From an uncultured Acidobacteriota bacterium (lineage in GTDB: Bacteria > Acidobacteriota > Thermoanaerobaculia > UBA5066 > Gp7-AA6): a DNA stretch of 64,000 nucleotides. The stretch spans positions 1,447,221-1,511,220 of the forward strand of contig CAVTON010000001.1 in assembly GCA_963736455.1 (NCBI GenBank), read 5' to 3'. This document shows positions 8,597 through 17,609 of the stretch, in pieces (the stretch's first letter is position 1; each line of letters starts with the position of its first letter). The translations under genes were made by a program, and so were the position numbers. A model generated the notes under the pieces. The model was not told where the DNA came from, did not search any database, and saw only the letters and a list, made by a program, of their open reading frames with translations.

Positions 8597-10960
8597 TTGA
8601 GCGGGGCCGACTCCGCAGCGTACCCCGGCAACCCGTCGTTGCCGCGGGAGGTCCGGGACAAGATCCTCTCGACCTTCCGGCACACGCTGAATCTCTTCAA
8701 GGAAGGCAAGAACGAGGATTGCCTCATCGGGTGCGACTTCATCCTCAAGATGGACCCGCGCTTCGCTCCGGCGCGCCAGCTCATGGACAAGGCGAAGAAC
8801 CCCGCGAGCGCCGTCGACGTCGCCGCCCTCGAGGCGCTGGTCGTCGAAACCCCCACGCGACAGGATCGGATCGCCTCACCCGAGACGGACCGGCTGCTGG
8901 TCCGCGCGGCCGAAAGCCTCAACGCCCGCGACTTCGATGCGGCAGTGGCGGCGGCGGAACAGGTGCTCCAGGTCCTTCCCGGCAACCAGAACGCCGCCGA
9001 GATCCTCCGCAGCGCCCGCGAGAAGAAGAACGCGCAGCCCCAGTTCGAGGTCGCTCGGCAGCGGGCGATCGCGGCCCTCGAGGGCAAGCGGATCGGCGAG
9101 GCGCGGGCGGCGCTCGAGAAGATGCGCTCGCTCGACGCGGAGCACCCGGCCGTGGCGCTGCTCGATCGCAAGCTCGCGGCTCCCGAACCGGCCGCGGGCT
9201 CCGAGCTGGGCGAGTCGACGAACCCGGGACTGAGCCTGGCCGAGGAGCCGGACTCCGCTCCGCCGCCACCCACCCGCTTCGCGCCGCCGCCCCGCCCGCC
9301 CCGACCCGCTCCGCCTCCGCCGTCCGATTCGAACGCCGCGGGCGGCCTCGGCGACCTCTCGCTCGATTCCCTGTCCTTCGACGAGATGCCGTCGGCCGTT
9401 CCGCCTCCTCCGGACGTGGGCGACTCCTTTACCGGGCCGCTTTCGCTGTCGGGCCGCGACGTCTTTTCGGGGCACGAGGGAGGGGGAACGCCCGCGCCGA
9501 ACCTCTGGAGCGATCCTCCGGCTGGCGCCGGCGACCTCGGCAGCCTCTCGCTCGACGAGCCGGCGCCGATGGCCGACCCGACGTCTTCGCCGTATGCCGA
9601 CGTGCCCGATCCCGTCTTCACGCCGGCCGTTCCCGCGCCGGTGCCCGAGCCCCCGTCCCAGCAGCAGGAGATTGCCTCGCTGATCCAGCGGGGGGACGAC
9701 GCGGCGCGTTCCGGAAATCGGCAGCAGGCGATCGAGATCTGGTCCCGCATTTTCCTGATCGACATCAACAACTCCGAGGCCGTGGGCCGGATCGAGAAGA
9801 CCCGCCAGGAAATGTCGGAAGGCAACAAGCGCGTGGCCGAGGGGCTCAAGCACGGTCGCGAGGCGTTCGAGGCGGGAGATTTCTCGACGGCCCGCGAGGC
9901 GTTCCTGCAGGTCCTCGCCTTCGACGAGACCGACGCCACGGCGCGCTCGTACCTGGATCGCATCGAGTCCGAGCTCGCCCGGCCCTCGTCGGGGCTCGAC
10001 CTCGCGAAGAAGACGCCCCAGACCGACATCCTCTCCGAGGAGATGGCGCAGGCCGCCGCTCCCGAGATCGAGGCCGAGGAGGAGCCCGCCGAGGACGCGC
10101 CGCGGCCGGCCGCGGCGGCGGCAAAGAAGCCCGCCGACCGGCGCTTCCTGCTCGCGCTCGGCGCCGCCGTCCTTCTCGCGGTCGTCGTCGGCGGATACAT
10201 GATGTTTCGCCCCGGGCATGGAAAGGCATCCGGCGGGGGCGTGGCCGAGGGCGGACCCTCGCTCGAGCACGCGACGAGCCTCTTCGGCGAGGGCAAGGTG
10301 GCCGAGACGATCGCGGAGCTGCGCCAGATCCCGGTCGAGAGTCCGGACTACGCGCGGGCGCAGAAGCTGCTGGCTTCGCTCACTCGCAAGGGAAGCGGTC
10401 CGGCCGAGGGCGGCTCCGCTCCCGCCGACGGGGCCGCGGCTCCGGGAAAGAGCGGCGAGGCGCCCGCCCCGGCGCCGAGCGGCCCCCCGCCCGAGGCCCT
10501 GCATCAGCGCCAGGAAGCGGAGAAGGCGTTCGCCGAGAAGCGCTACATCGACTCGCTCACGGCCTTCAACCTCGCGGCGTCCGCTTTCCAGCAGGACCCC
10601 TCGTTCGCGCAGGAGCTCGGCGCCGCAGGCGAGAAGGTCAGCGAGATCACGCCCGCCGTCAAGCTCTACAACGAGGGGGAATACGAGACGGCGATCCCCA
10701 TCCTGTGGCGGATCTACCAGGCCGACCGCGAGAATCAGGATGCCCGCTCGTACCTGCTGCGCAGCTACTACAACGAGGGCATCGGCCAGCTCCAGAACGG
10801 CCTCTACGCCAAGGCCGCCGAGAGCTTCAAGGAAGTCCTCGGAATCGACGCGTCCGACGCGGACGCCATCCGGCACGAGAAGTTCGCCCTGAGGTATTCG
10901 AAGGGCGATCTCGACCTGATGGGCCGGATCTACGTCCGCCACGTCCAGCAGCGGCCATAG
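8597..10960 (+). CDS. TPR-repeat protein with a Pro-rich low-complexity linker and one TM segment
   Basis: 787-aa ORF with TPR-like helices at both ends. It has a Pro/Ala-rich region with a repeated GDL(G)SLSLDE motif and a TM segment (FLLALGAAVLLAVVVGGYMMF). Confidence 0.75.
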   Translation: MSGADSAAYPGNPSLPREVRDKILSTFRHTLNLFKEGKNEDCLIGCDFILKMDPRFAPARQLMDKAKNPASAVDVAALEALVVETPTRQDRIASPETDRLLVRAAESLNARDFDAAVAAAEQVLQVLPGNQNAAEILRSAREKKNAQPQFEVARQRAIAALEGKRIGEARAALEKMRSLDAEHPAVALLDRKLAAPEPAAGSELGESTNPGLSLAEEPDSAPPPPTRFAPPPRPPRPAPPPPSDSNAAGGLGDLSLDSLSFDEMPSAVPPPPDVGDSFTGPLSLSGRDVFSGHEGGGTPAPNLWSDPPAGAGDLGSLSLDEPAPMADPTSSPYADVPDPVFTPAVPAPVPEPPSQQQEIASLIQRGDDAARSGNRQQAIEIWSRIFLIDINNSEAVGRIEKTRQEMSEGNKRVAEGLKHGREAFEAGDFSTAREAFLQVLAFDETDATARSYLDRIESELARPSSGLDLAKKTPQTDILSEEMAQAAAPEIEAEEEPAEDAPRPAAAAAKKPADRRFLLALGAAVLLAVVVGGYMMFRPGHGKASGGGVAEGGPSLEHATSLFGEGKVAETIAELRQIPVESPDYARAQKLLASLTRKGSGPAEGGSAPADGAAAPGKSGEAPAPAPSGPPPEALHQRQEAEKAFAEKRYIDSLTAFNLAASAFQQDPSFAQELGAAGEKVSEITPAVKLYNEGEYETAIPILWRIYQADRENQDARSYLLRSYYNEGIGQLQNGLYAKAAESFKEVLGIDASDADAIRHEKFALRYSKGDLDLMGRIYVRHVQQRP

Positions 10961-10965
10961 GAACG

Positions 10966-11484
10966 ATGGTCGAGCCGGGGCCTGCCGAGCCCTTCGAGGA
11001 CTTTCCGCTCCGGCCGGAATTCCAGGTCGAGCCGATGAGCGCCGACCGTGAATCCGAAGCGGCCGGGGCGGATGCCGCGGTCCGGGCGGCTCCGCTGGGT
11101 CCGCGCTTCTCCGCCGCGGCCGCCGACGCGGCCGTCGTCCTCCTGCTCGCCGCCCTCGCCCTTCTCGGGGCCCGGTGGGTGACGGGTGCCATCCCCCGCC
11201 GGGCGGGTGTGCCGTGGACGCTGGTCTTTCTTCTCTACCTCTCGCTCTTCGCCACCGTTCCCCCGCTCGTCCTCTTCGGGCGAACCGTGGGTATGGCCAT
11301 CTCCGATCTCTCCGCGCGCGCGGACGGTGAAGACGGCCTGACGGCCGCCGGGGCGCTCCGACGCTGGGCCGGGACGCTCGCCTGCGCCGCGACGGCAGGC
11401 CTGATTCTGCTCTGGAGTCGGCGGGACCCGGCGCGGCCCACGCCCGCCGACCGCCTCTCGGGCCGCCCGCTCACGCTTGACTAG
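10966..11484 (+). CDS. RDD family membrane protein
   Basis: This is the C-terminal part of shadow ORF 8719..11484, starting at the ATG at 10966. ..GPRFSAAAADAAVVLLLAALALLGA..LYLSLFATVPPLVLFGRTVGMAISDL.. fits the RDD-domain topology. Confidence 0.7.
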   Translation: MVEPGPAEPFEDFPLRPEFQVEPMSADRESEAAGADAAVRAAPLGPRFSAAAADAAVVLLLAALALLGARWVTGAIPRRAGVPWTLVFLLYLSLFATVPPLVLFGRTVGMAISDLSARADGEDGLTAAGALRRWAGTLACAATAGLILLWSRRDPARPTPADRLSGRPLTLD

Positions 11485-13135
11485 GAGCCGTTCGCCGCTG
11501 AGGGTCGGCGTCGCGCAGATCGACGTGACCGTCGGCGACTTCGAAGGCAACGAGGCCAAGATCGTGGACTACGGCCGTCTCGCGGAAGCCGCGGGCGCCG
11601 ATCTGGTCCTCTTCCCCGAGCTCGCCGCCTGCGGCTATCCCCCGCGCGACCTGGTCGAGCGCGCGGCGTTCGTGTCGGCGAGCGAACGCGCGGCGGATCG
11701 GATCGCCCGCGCCGCCGGAAAGACGACATGGATCTTCGGCGCCCTGGTGGCCAACCGCGCCGCCACCGGCCGGCGGGTCTTCAACGCCGCCATCGCGGCG
11801 CGCGGCGGAAAGCGCGTGGCGCTCTACCGCAAGCGCCTGCTCCCCACGTATGACGTCTTCGACGAGGGCCGCTACGTCGAGCCGGGCGACTGCTCTCTAG
11901 TCCTGCGAATCGCCGGCCGGCGCGTGGCCGTCACGATCTGCGAGGACATCTGGAACGACAAGACCTTCTGGCGGCGGCCGCTCTACGACACGGACCCGGT
12001 GGCCGAGCTCTCGCCGCTCCGGCTCGACCTCCACGTCAATATCTCGGCCTCGCCGTACACGCTCGGCAAGAATCGCCTGCGCCGCCGCATGATGGAGCGC
12101 ATCGCCCGGCGCACGCGCGTTCCCCTCGTCCACTGCAACCTCGTCGGCGGCAACGACGGCCTCGTCTTCGACGGCGCCTCGACGGCCTTCGACGCGAACG
12201 GCCGGCTCGTCGGCGCCTCCCGCCGTTTCGAGGAAGACTTCTGGACGATCGAGGTTCCCGGCGGCCGCGGCCCCTCACCGCCCGAGATCGCCTCGGTTCC
12301 CGGATTGCGACGCGCGCTCGTCCTCGCCCTCTCGGACTATGCCCGCAAGTGCGGGTTCGAGAGCGCCGTCCTCGGTCTCTCGGGCGGGATCGACTCGGCG
12401 GTCGTGGCGACCCTCGCGGTCGAAGCCCTCGGGCCGCGCCAGGTCCTGGGCGTGGCGATGCCCGGTCCCTATTCTTCGGGAGGCAGCCTTCGCGACGCGC
12501 GAGAGCTCGCGAAGCGCCTCGGCATCCGCTTCGAAGAAATCCCGATCGGCCCCGTCCTCACGGCCTACGGCGAGACCCTCGGACCGCTCGTCGGCACGGG
12601 CGGGCCGTCGCCCACCGAGGAGAACCTCCAGGCCCGGATCCGCGGCGCGATCCTGATGGCGCTCTCGAACCGCTTCGGCCACCTCGTCCTCTCGACCGGC
12701 AACAAGTCCGAGATCGCCGTCGGCTACTGCACGCTGTACGGCGACATGGCCGGCGGCTACGCGCTCATCTCCGACGTCCCGAAGACGCTCGTCTACGAGC
12801 TCGCCGCGGAGCTCAACCGCGAGGGCGAGCGCATCCCGCGCGCGACGCTCGAGAAGGAGCCGTCGGCGGAGCTGCGTCCGAACCAGAAGGACAGCGATTC
12901 GCTGCCGCCCTACGAACGGCTCGATCCGCTCATCGAGGCCCTCGTGGACCGGGCCCTGCCCGTCGGGCGCGCCGCGGCGATCGCGGGAGTGTCCCGGCCG
13001 CTCGCCGAGGAGATCGCGCTTCGCATCGACCGCAACGAGTACAAGCGTCGGCAGATGCCGCCCGGCCCCAAGGTCACCGCTCGGGCCTTCGGAGACGGGC
13101 GCCGGTACCCGATCGCGCAGAAGTTCCGTGGCTGA
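11477..13135 (+). CDS. nadE: Glutamine-dependent NAD+ synthetase
   Basis: N-terminal CN-hydrolase domain (LRVGVAQID..LVLFPELAACGY) plus a C-terminal NAD synthetase with the SGGIDS PP-loop (GLSGGIDSAV). The start could instead be the CTG at 11498. Confidence 0.9.
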   Translation: MTRSRSPLRVGVAQIDVTVGDFEGNEAKIVDYGRLAEAAGADLVLFPELAACGYPPRDLVERAAFVSASERAADRIARAAGKTTWIFGALVANRAATGRRVFNAAIAARGGKRVALYRKRLLPTYDVFDEGRYVEPGDCSLVLRIAGRRVAVTICEDIWNDKTFWRRPLYDTDPVAELSPLRLDLHVNISASPYTLGKNRLRRRMMERIARRTRVPLVHCNLVGGNDGLVFDGASTAFDANGRLVGASRRFEEDFWTIEVPGGRGPSPPEIASVPGLRRALVLALSDYARKCGFESAVLGLSGGIDSAVVATLAVEALGPRQVLGVAMPGPYSSGGSLRDARELAKRLGIRFEEIPIGPVLTAYGETLGPLVGTGGPSPTEENLQARIRGAILMALSNRFGHLVLSTGNKSEIAVGYCTLYGDMAGGYALISDVPKTLVYELAAELNREGERIPRATLEKEPSAELRPNQKDSDSLPPYERLDPLIEALVDRALPVGRAAAIAGVSRPLAEEIALRIDRNEYKRRQMPPGPKVTARAFGDGRRYPIAQKFRG

Positions 13136-13811
13136 GTCTGCCGAGCGGTACGTCTGGAAGGAGATTCCGGGCTCCTCCCACGACCTGCTTCGCCGGCGGC
13201 TGCGCGCCCTGGCGCCGGCGATGCGGCTGCTCGACCTGGGCGCCGCGGGCGGTCACCTCGGACGGGCGGTGCGGGATCGCTGCACCTACCTCGCGGGCGT
13301 CGAGCCCGATCCGACGCTCGCCGCCGCGGCGCGGGACGGCTATGACGACTGGCGCGCCTCGGACGCGCTCGCCTGCGGCGACTGGAGCGAGCCCTTCGAC
13401 GCGATCGTCTGCGCCGACGTCCTCGAGCACCTTCCCAGTCCCGAGGAGCTCCTCGGCCGGGCCCGGGGCTGGCTGCGCGGCGGCGGCACTCTTCTGGTCT
13501 CGCTCCCGAACGTCGCCAACGTGACCGTGCGCGGGGCGCTCCTGGCCGGACGATTTCCCTACGCCGAGCGCGGGATCCTCGATCGCACGCACCTGCGCTT
13601 CTACACGCGCGAGAGCGCGGTCGAGCTCGTGGAATCCGGAGGCTTCTCCGTGCGGGCGGTCGAAGCCACGGCGATGCCCTACGAGCTCGCGATCCCGCGG
13701 CTGGCCTCGGCTCCCTGGCGGGGCCCCGTCCGGGCCTTCGCGCGCGGCTCCGCCCGCATCTGGCCCACCCTCTTCGGATACCAGTTCGTGATCGAGGCGA
13801 AGAAGGCGTGA
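13128..13811 (+). CDS. Class I SAM-dependent methyltransferase
   Basis: Motif I LLDLGAAGGHLG and motif II FDAIVCADVLEHL. It overlaps the nadE stop by 8 nt. Confidence 0.75.
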   Translation: MAESAERYVWKEIPGSSHDLLRRRLRALAPAMRLLDLGAAGGHLGRAVRDRCTYLAGVEPDPTLAAAARDGYDDWRASDALACGDWSEPFDAIVCADVLEHLPSPEELLGRARGWLRGGGTLLVSLPNVANVTVRGALLAGRFPYAERGILDRTHLRFYTRESAVELVESGGFSVRAVEATAMPYELAIPRLASAPWRGPVRAFARGSARIWPTLFGYQFVIEAKKA

Positions 13812-14518
13812 GCGCATCCCTGGTCATCCCCGCCTTCAACGAGGCGAGCCGGATCGAGAGCTGCGTCCGCACGGCCGCCGCGTGGGCGCGGTCCCGGCCG
13901 GGAGGCCTGGACTGGGAGGTTCTCCTCGTCGACGACGGCTCGACGGACGGCACGGCCGAGCGCGCGCGAGGCTTCGCGGCGGAGGAGAAGCTGCCTCTCC
14001 GGGTCGTCTCGTACCCCCGCAATCGCGGAAAGGGCGCGGCCATCCGGGCCGGCGTCCTCGAGGCCTCGGGCGACCCGATCCTCGTGTCGGACACGGACCT
14101 CTCGACGCCGCTCTCGGAGTGGAGCAAGCTCGCCGGGAAGCTCGCGACGCATCCGGTCGCGATCGGCTCCCGGGCCATCGAGCAGGCGCTGGTCCGCAGG
14201 CGGCAGCCGTTCTACCGTCAGCTCATGGGACGCACCTTCAACCGCCTCGTACGCCTCCTGACCGTGCAGGGCATCGGCGACACGCAGTGCGGGTTCAAAC
14301 TGTTCCGTCGCGACGTGGCCCGCGCGCTCTTCCGGGAAGCGCGCATCGATCGCTTCGCCTACGACGTCGAAATCCTCTACGTCGCCCAGCGCCGCGGGAT
14401 CCCGATCGCCGAAGTGCCGGTGGTCTGGGTCAACTCGCCGGAGTCGAAAGTGGCGGTCGTGAGGGATTCGTTTCGGATGCTCGGAGACCTGTTTCGGATC
14501 CGCTGGATGCACCGCTGA
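13808..14518 (+). CDS. Family-2 glycosyltransferase, polyprenyl-phosphate sugar synthase-like
   Basis: SLVIPAFNEA, LLVDDGSTDGT, VSDTDLS (DxD) and ..GIGDTQCGFKLFRR.. are present. The GTGA start overlaps the methyltransferase stop. Confidence 0.85.
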   Translation: MSASLVIPAFNEASRIESCVRTAAAWARSRPGGLDWEVLLVDDGSTDGTAERARGFAAEEKLPLRVVSYPRNRGKGAAIRAGVLEASGDPILVSDTDLSTPLSEWSKLAGKLATHPVAIGSRAIEQALVRRRQPFYRQLMGRTFNRLVRLLTVQGIGDTQCGFKLFRRDVARALFREARIDRFAYDVEILYVAQRRGIPIAEVPVVWVNSPESKVAVVRDSFRMLGDLFRIRWMHR

Positions 14519-15779
14519 ATCGGACGGCGATGCCCGCGGCCACGAGCGGTGCGAGCGCGGCGGTGGTGCGCAGGAACGTCGTCTCGATGAGCCAGGCCGG
14601 TCCGCGAACGGCAAAGGCGGGAATGACCAGGTAGGCCGTCGCCGCGCACGCCGCGAGACCCAGGAGACGGTTGCCCGCGGCGGACCGTCTCCCGAGAGCG
14701 GCGAGGACGATCACGAGCGCCAGGCCCGCCCAGGGCGCCCATCCCAGAAGACGCAGGGCGGCCGCGAGCGAATCCCACACACGATCCGTCGAGAATGCGC
14801 TCCACTCGAAGTCCGCCAGCGGCACGCGGCTCCGCCAGGGAAGATAGAGGGCGCGCACGAGAAGCGCCGGACCGAGCGCCGCCGCCGCCGCCCTCCATCG
14901 GATCGCTTTTCCAAAGAGGATGGCCCACAGAAATCCGACGGCGGCGAGAAACAGGCCCTCGTTCTTCGTCGCGGCGATCAGCGCCGAAGCCAGGACCAGT
15001 CGACGAAGCGCTCCGCGGTCCGTCCGATCGAGCACGTCCGCGAAGGCCGTCCCGAACAGCAGCATGCCGAACGCGAGCGGTACCTCCGCCATGCCGGTAA
15101 GGAACGCCGAGTAGAGGGGCTCGAACCAGGCGAGGGTCGCCGTCGCGAGGCCGGCCACCGCCGGCGACGCGCCGCGGCGCCGCAGCCAGCCGAAGAGGAC
15201 GAGCAGCGTCGCGGCCTGCAGGAACGGAAAGAGCAGCGCCATCGCATGGTCGTCCCAGCGGCCGGTCAGGAAGGAGATGCCGGCGTAGAGCAGCGGCAGC
15301 CCCAGGGGATACTCCGGATGGGCGTATTCCAGGCTGCGCATCCGCTCCGGATACCCCAGCGCGCCGAAGATCGTCTTCCCCTTCAGGCCCCAGATCGCGA
15401 TGAAGTCGTTGGCCCACATGGGCTCGGTGAGGGCGCGGAGCGTGTAGACGGCGACGCCGAGGGCGATCGCGCCGAGAAGCACCACGGAGAGCTTTCGGCG
15501 CGGCAGCGAACCGCTTCCCGGCGCCAGCCGCAGCCGCCTGCCGAGCACGACGGCCGCCGCCGACAGAACGACGAAGACCAGGCGCGGCGGGAGACCGGGC
15601 CCGAGCGCGATCGGGACGGCGGCGATGAGCACGGCGCACCCCAGGGCATCGCCCCAGCCGAGCCGCTCGAGAAAGAAGATCCGGTCGGGCGGCAGGAACG
15701 CCCTGCTCGTCCCGATGCCGACCGCCGACACGACGAAGAGCGCCACCGCGACGGCGAGAAGCGACAGGACGAGCGTCAA
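14430..15779 (-). CDS. Polytopic membrane protein, possible GT-C-fold glycosyltransferase
   Basis: About 450 codons with many hydrophobic helices. I propose the TTG start at 15779, which overlaps the upstream stop (TTGA). The track ORF extends to 16172 but that part overlaps the upstream gene in another frame. Function is inferred from topology and the GT2 neighbour only. Confidence 0.55.
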   Translation of the reverse strand: MTLVLSLLAVAVALFVVSAVGIGTSRAFLPPDRIFFLERLGWGDALGCAVLIAAVPIALGPGLPPRLVFVVLSAAAVVLGRRLRLAPGSGSLPRRKLSVVLLGAIALGVAVYTLRALTEPMWANDFIAIWGLKGKTIFGALGYPERMRSLEYAHPEYPLGLPLLYAGISFLTGRWDDHAMALLFPFLQAATLLVLFGWLRRRGASPAVAGLATATLAWFEPLYSAFLTGMAEVPLAFGMLLFGTAFADVLDRTDRGALRRLVLASALIAATKNEGLFLAAVGFLWAILFGKAIRWRAAAAALGPALLVRALYLPWRSRVPLADFEWSAFSTDRVWDSLAAALRLLGWAPWAGLALVIVLAALGRRSAAGNRLLGLAACAATAYLVIPAFAVRGPAWLIETTFLRTTAALAPLVAAGIAVRFSGASSGSETGLRASETNPSRPPLSTPAS

Positions 15780-16213
15780 GGAGCCGGCCCCCAGAGAACG
15801 CCTTCCGGGAGAATGGTGACGGGCCCGGCAGGAGTCGGCGAGCTCCCGTACTGGGCGACGAACCAGCCCGAGGGCACGAGGGGAACGTCGTGCCCGCGCC
15901 GGAAATCGAAAGAGACCGGCAGCGGGGCAAAGTGGTAGCTCGCGAGGTAGATGAGCGGTTCGCTCCCCGGAGTCCCGAGGACGATGATTCCCCTCGCGGA
16001 TGGCGGCAGCCGCCGCCGGACGTTCTCGAGGAACGAGAAATACCGGCGGTCGAACGCCGTCCCGGACCCCCCGAGCCGCCGCACGGCGAGGTCCTTCGGG
16101 GCGAAGGCGGCCAGGAAACGGACGCGCCGCGGCAGCTCGGCCCAGCTCTGGCTCGCGAGCACGAGGGCGCACAGCAGGAGAGCCGCGGCCCCCGCCGCCG
16201 AGCGCCGCGTCAC
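15776..16213 (-). CDS. Small exported or membrane-anchored hypothetical protein
   Basis: C-terminal part of shadow ORF 15776..17254. The GTG at 16213 overlaps the glyA stop (GTGA). N-terminal hydrophobic segment [20 protein letters not shown]. Confidence 0.5.
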   Translation of the reverse strand: MTRRSAAGAAALLLCALVLASQSWAELPRRVRFLAAFAPKDLAVRRLGGSGTAFDRRYFSFLENVRRRLPPSARGIIVLGTPGSEPLIYLASYHFAPLPVSFDFRRGHDVPLVPSGWFVAQYGSSPTPAGPVTILPEGVLWGPAP

Positions 16214-17478
16214 ACCAGCGGGTACGCGGCGCAGAGCTCCGCGACGGTGCGGTGCGCCTCGTCCAGGGCGGCGGCGTCCTCGCCGGCGTCGAGCACGCGG
16301 GCGATGGCGCCGGCGATCGTCTCCATCTCGGCCGGACCCATGCCCCGCGTCGTCACGGCCGGCGTTCCGAGCCGAATCCCGGAGGCGACCATCGGCGAGC
16401 GCGTGTCGAAGGGAATCGTGTTCTTGTTGACCGTGATCCCGGCGCGATCGAGCCGCGTCTCGGCGTCCTTTCCGGAGATCCCGCGCGCTCCGACGTCCAC
16501 CATCATGACGTGGTTGTCGGTGCCGCCCGAGACGAGACGGAAGCCGCGCCGCGAGAGCGCGGCGGCCAGGGCCCGGGCGTTCTCGACGACCCGCCCCTGG
16601 TACGCCACGAACTCCGGGGTCGCCGCCTCGGCGAAAGCCACCGCCTTCGCGGCGATCACGTGCTCGAGCGGACCTCCCTGGACTCCCGGGAACACGCTGC
16701 GGTCGAGGTCCTTCGCATGCGCGCTCCGGCAGAGCACCAGGCCGCCGCGCGGGCCTCGCAGCGTCTTGTGGGTCGTCGTCGTCACGAAGGGCGCATGCGG
16801 CACCGGGGACGGGTGCAGGCCCGCGATGACCAGGCCCGCGATGTGGGCGATGTCGCACATCAGCACCGCGCCGACCTCGTCCGCGACGGCGCCGAAGCGG
16901 GCGAAGTCGATCACGCGCGCGTAGGCCGACGCCCCGGCGATGATCAGCTTCGGGCGATGCTCGCGCGCGAGCGCCGCCATCGCGTCGTAGTCGATGCGCT
17001 CGTCCTCGCGGCGCACGCCGTAGGCCACGACCCTGTATTCGCGGCCCGAGAACGACAGGGGATGTCCGTGCGTCAGGTGGCCGCCGTGCGTCAGGTCCAT
17101 CCCCAGGATTGTGTCGCCGGGTTTCAACGCCGTCAGGTAGACGGACATGTTCGCCTGCGAGCCGGAGTGGGGCTGGACGTTGGCGTGCTCGGCGCCGAAG
17201 AGCGCCTTCGCCCGGTCGATCGCGAGCTGCTCGACCTTGTCCACGAACTCGCACCCGCCGTAGTAGCGCTTGCCCGGATAGCCCTCGGCGTACTTGTTCG
17301 TCAGGACGGAGCCCTGGGCCTCCCGCACGGCCCGCGAGACCCAGTTCTCGGAAGCGATCAGCTCGAGTCCCTCGTTCTGCCGGCGCGCTTCGGCGGCGAT
17401 CCAGCGAGCGATCTCGGGGTCGACCGCGTCGAGGTCGCGGTCCATCAACGAGGCGGGGGCGGCAGGAGATCCGGACAT
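16210..17478 (-). CDS. glyA: Serine hydroxymethyltransferase
   Basis: [29 protein letters not shown] and [14 protein letters not shown] (PLP lysine) are present. The ATG at 17478 is preceded by GGAGA. The track ORF's upstream extension to 18039 is Arg-rich read-through. Confidence 0.95.
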   Translation of the reverse strand: MSGSPAAPASLMDRDLDAVDPEIARWIAAEARRQNEGLELIASENWVSRAVREAQGSVLTNKYAEGYPGKRYYGGCEFVDKVEQLAIDRAKALFGAEHANVQPHSGSQANMSVYLTALKPGDTILGMDLTHGGHLTHGHPLSFSGREYRVVAYGVRREDERIDYDAMAALAREHRPKLIIAGASAYARVIDFARFGAVADEVGAVLMCDIAHIAGLVIAGLHPSPVPHAPFVTTTTHKTLRGPRGGLVLCRSAHAKDLDRSVFPGVQGGPLEHVIAAKAVAFAEAATPEFVAYQGRVVENARALAAALSRRGFRLVSGGTDNHVMMVDVGARGISGKDAETRLDRAGITVNKNTIPFDTRSPMVASGIRLGTPAVTTRGMGPAEMETIAGAIARVLDAGEDAAALDEAHRTVAELCAAYPLV

Positions 17479-17494
17479 CGTTTCTCTCCTCATT

Positions 17495-17584
17495 CTGTCA
17501 TCCCGAGCGCAGCGAGGGATCCCTTTCGTGGCCGCAGCACGACCTGAAAGGGATCCCTCGGGCCGCCGGCCCTCGGGATGACAG
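17495..17584. repeat. Nested 90-bp palindrome (REP-like element, possible terminator) between dgt and glyA
   Basis: Outer arms are ctgtcatcccgag (17495-17507) and ctcgggatgacag (17572-17584). Inner arms are gagggatcccttt (17514-17526) and aaagggatccctc (17547-17559). Confidence 0.65.
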
Positions 17585-17609
17585 GACGTTTCGACATGAA
17601 GCTCGCGCT

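Noticed and set aside
9320-9340. tRNA-like T-loop strings (gattcgaac at about 9325; gggttcgattc at about 44323).
   Set aside because: Both lie inside well-supported coding regions, and the surrounding sequence cannot form acceptor or anticodon stems.
17479-17609. Folate/purine-type riboswitch (ZTP/pfl or THF) upstream of glyA.
   Set aside because: The spacer lacks the conserved pfl elements (for example ..CCGGGCGGA.. and ..CCGCCUGGGC..). It is almost entirely accounted for by a perfect nested palindrome, which is not riboswitch-like.
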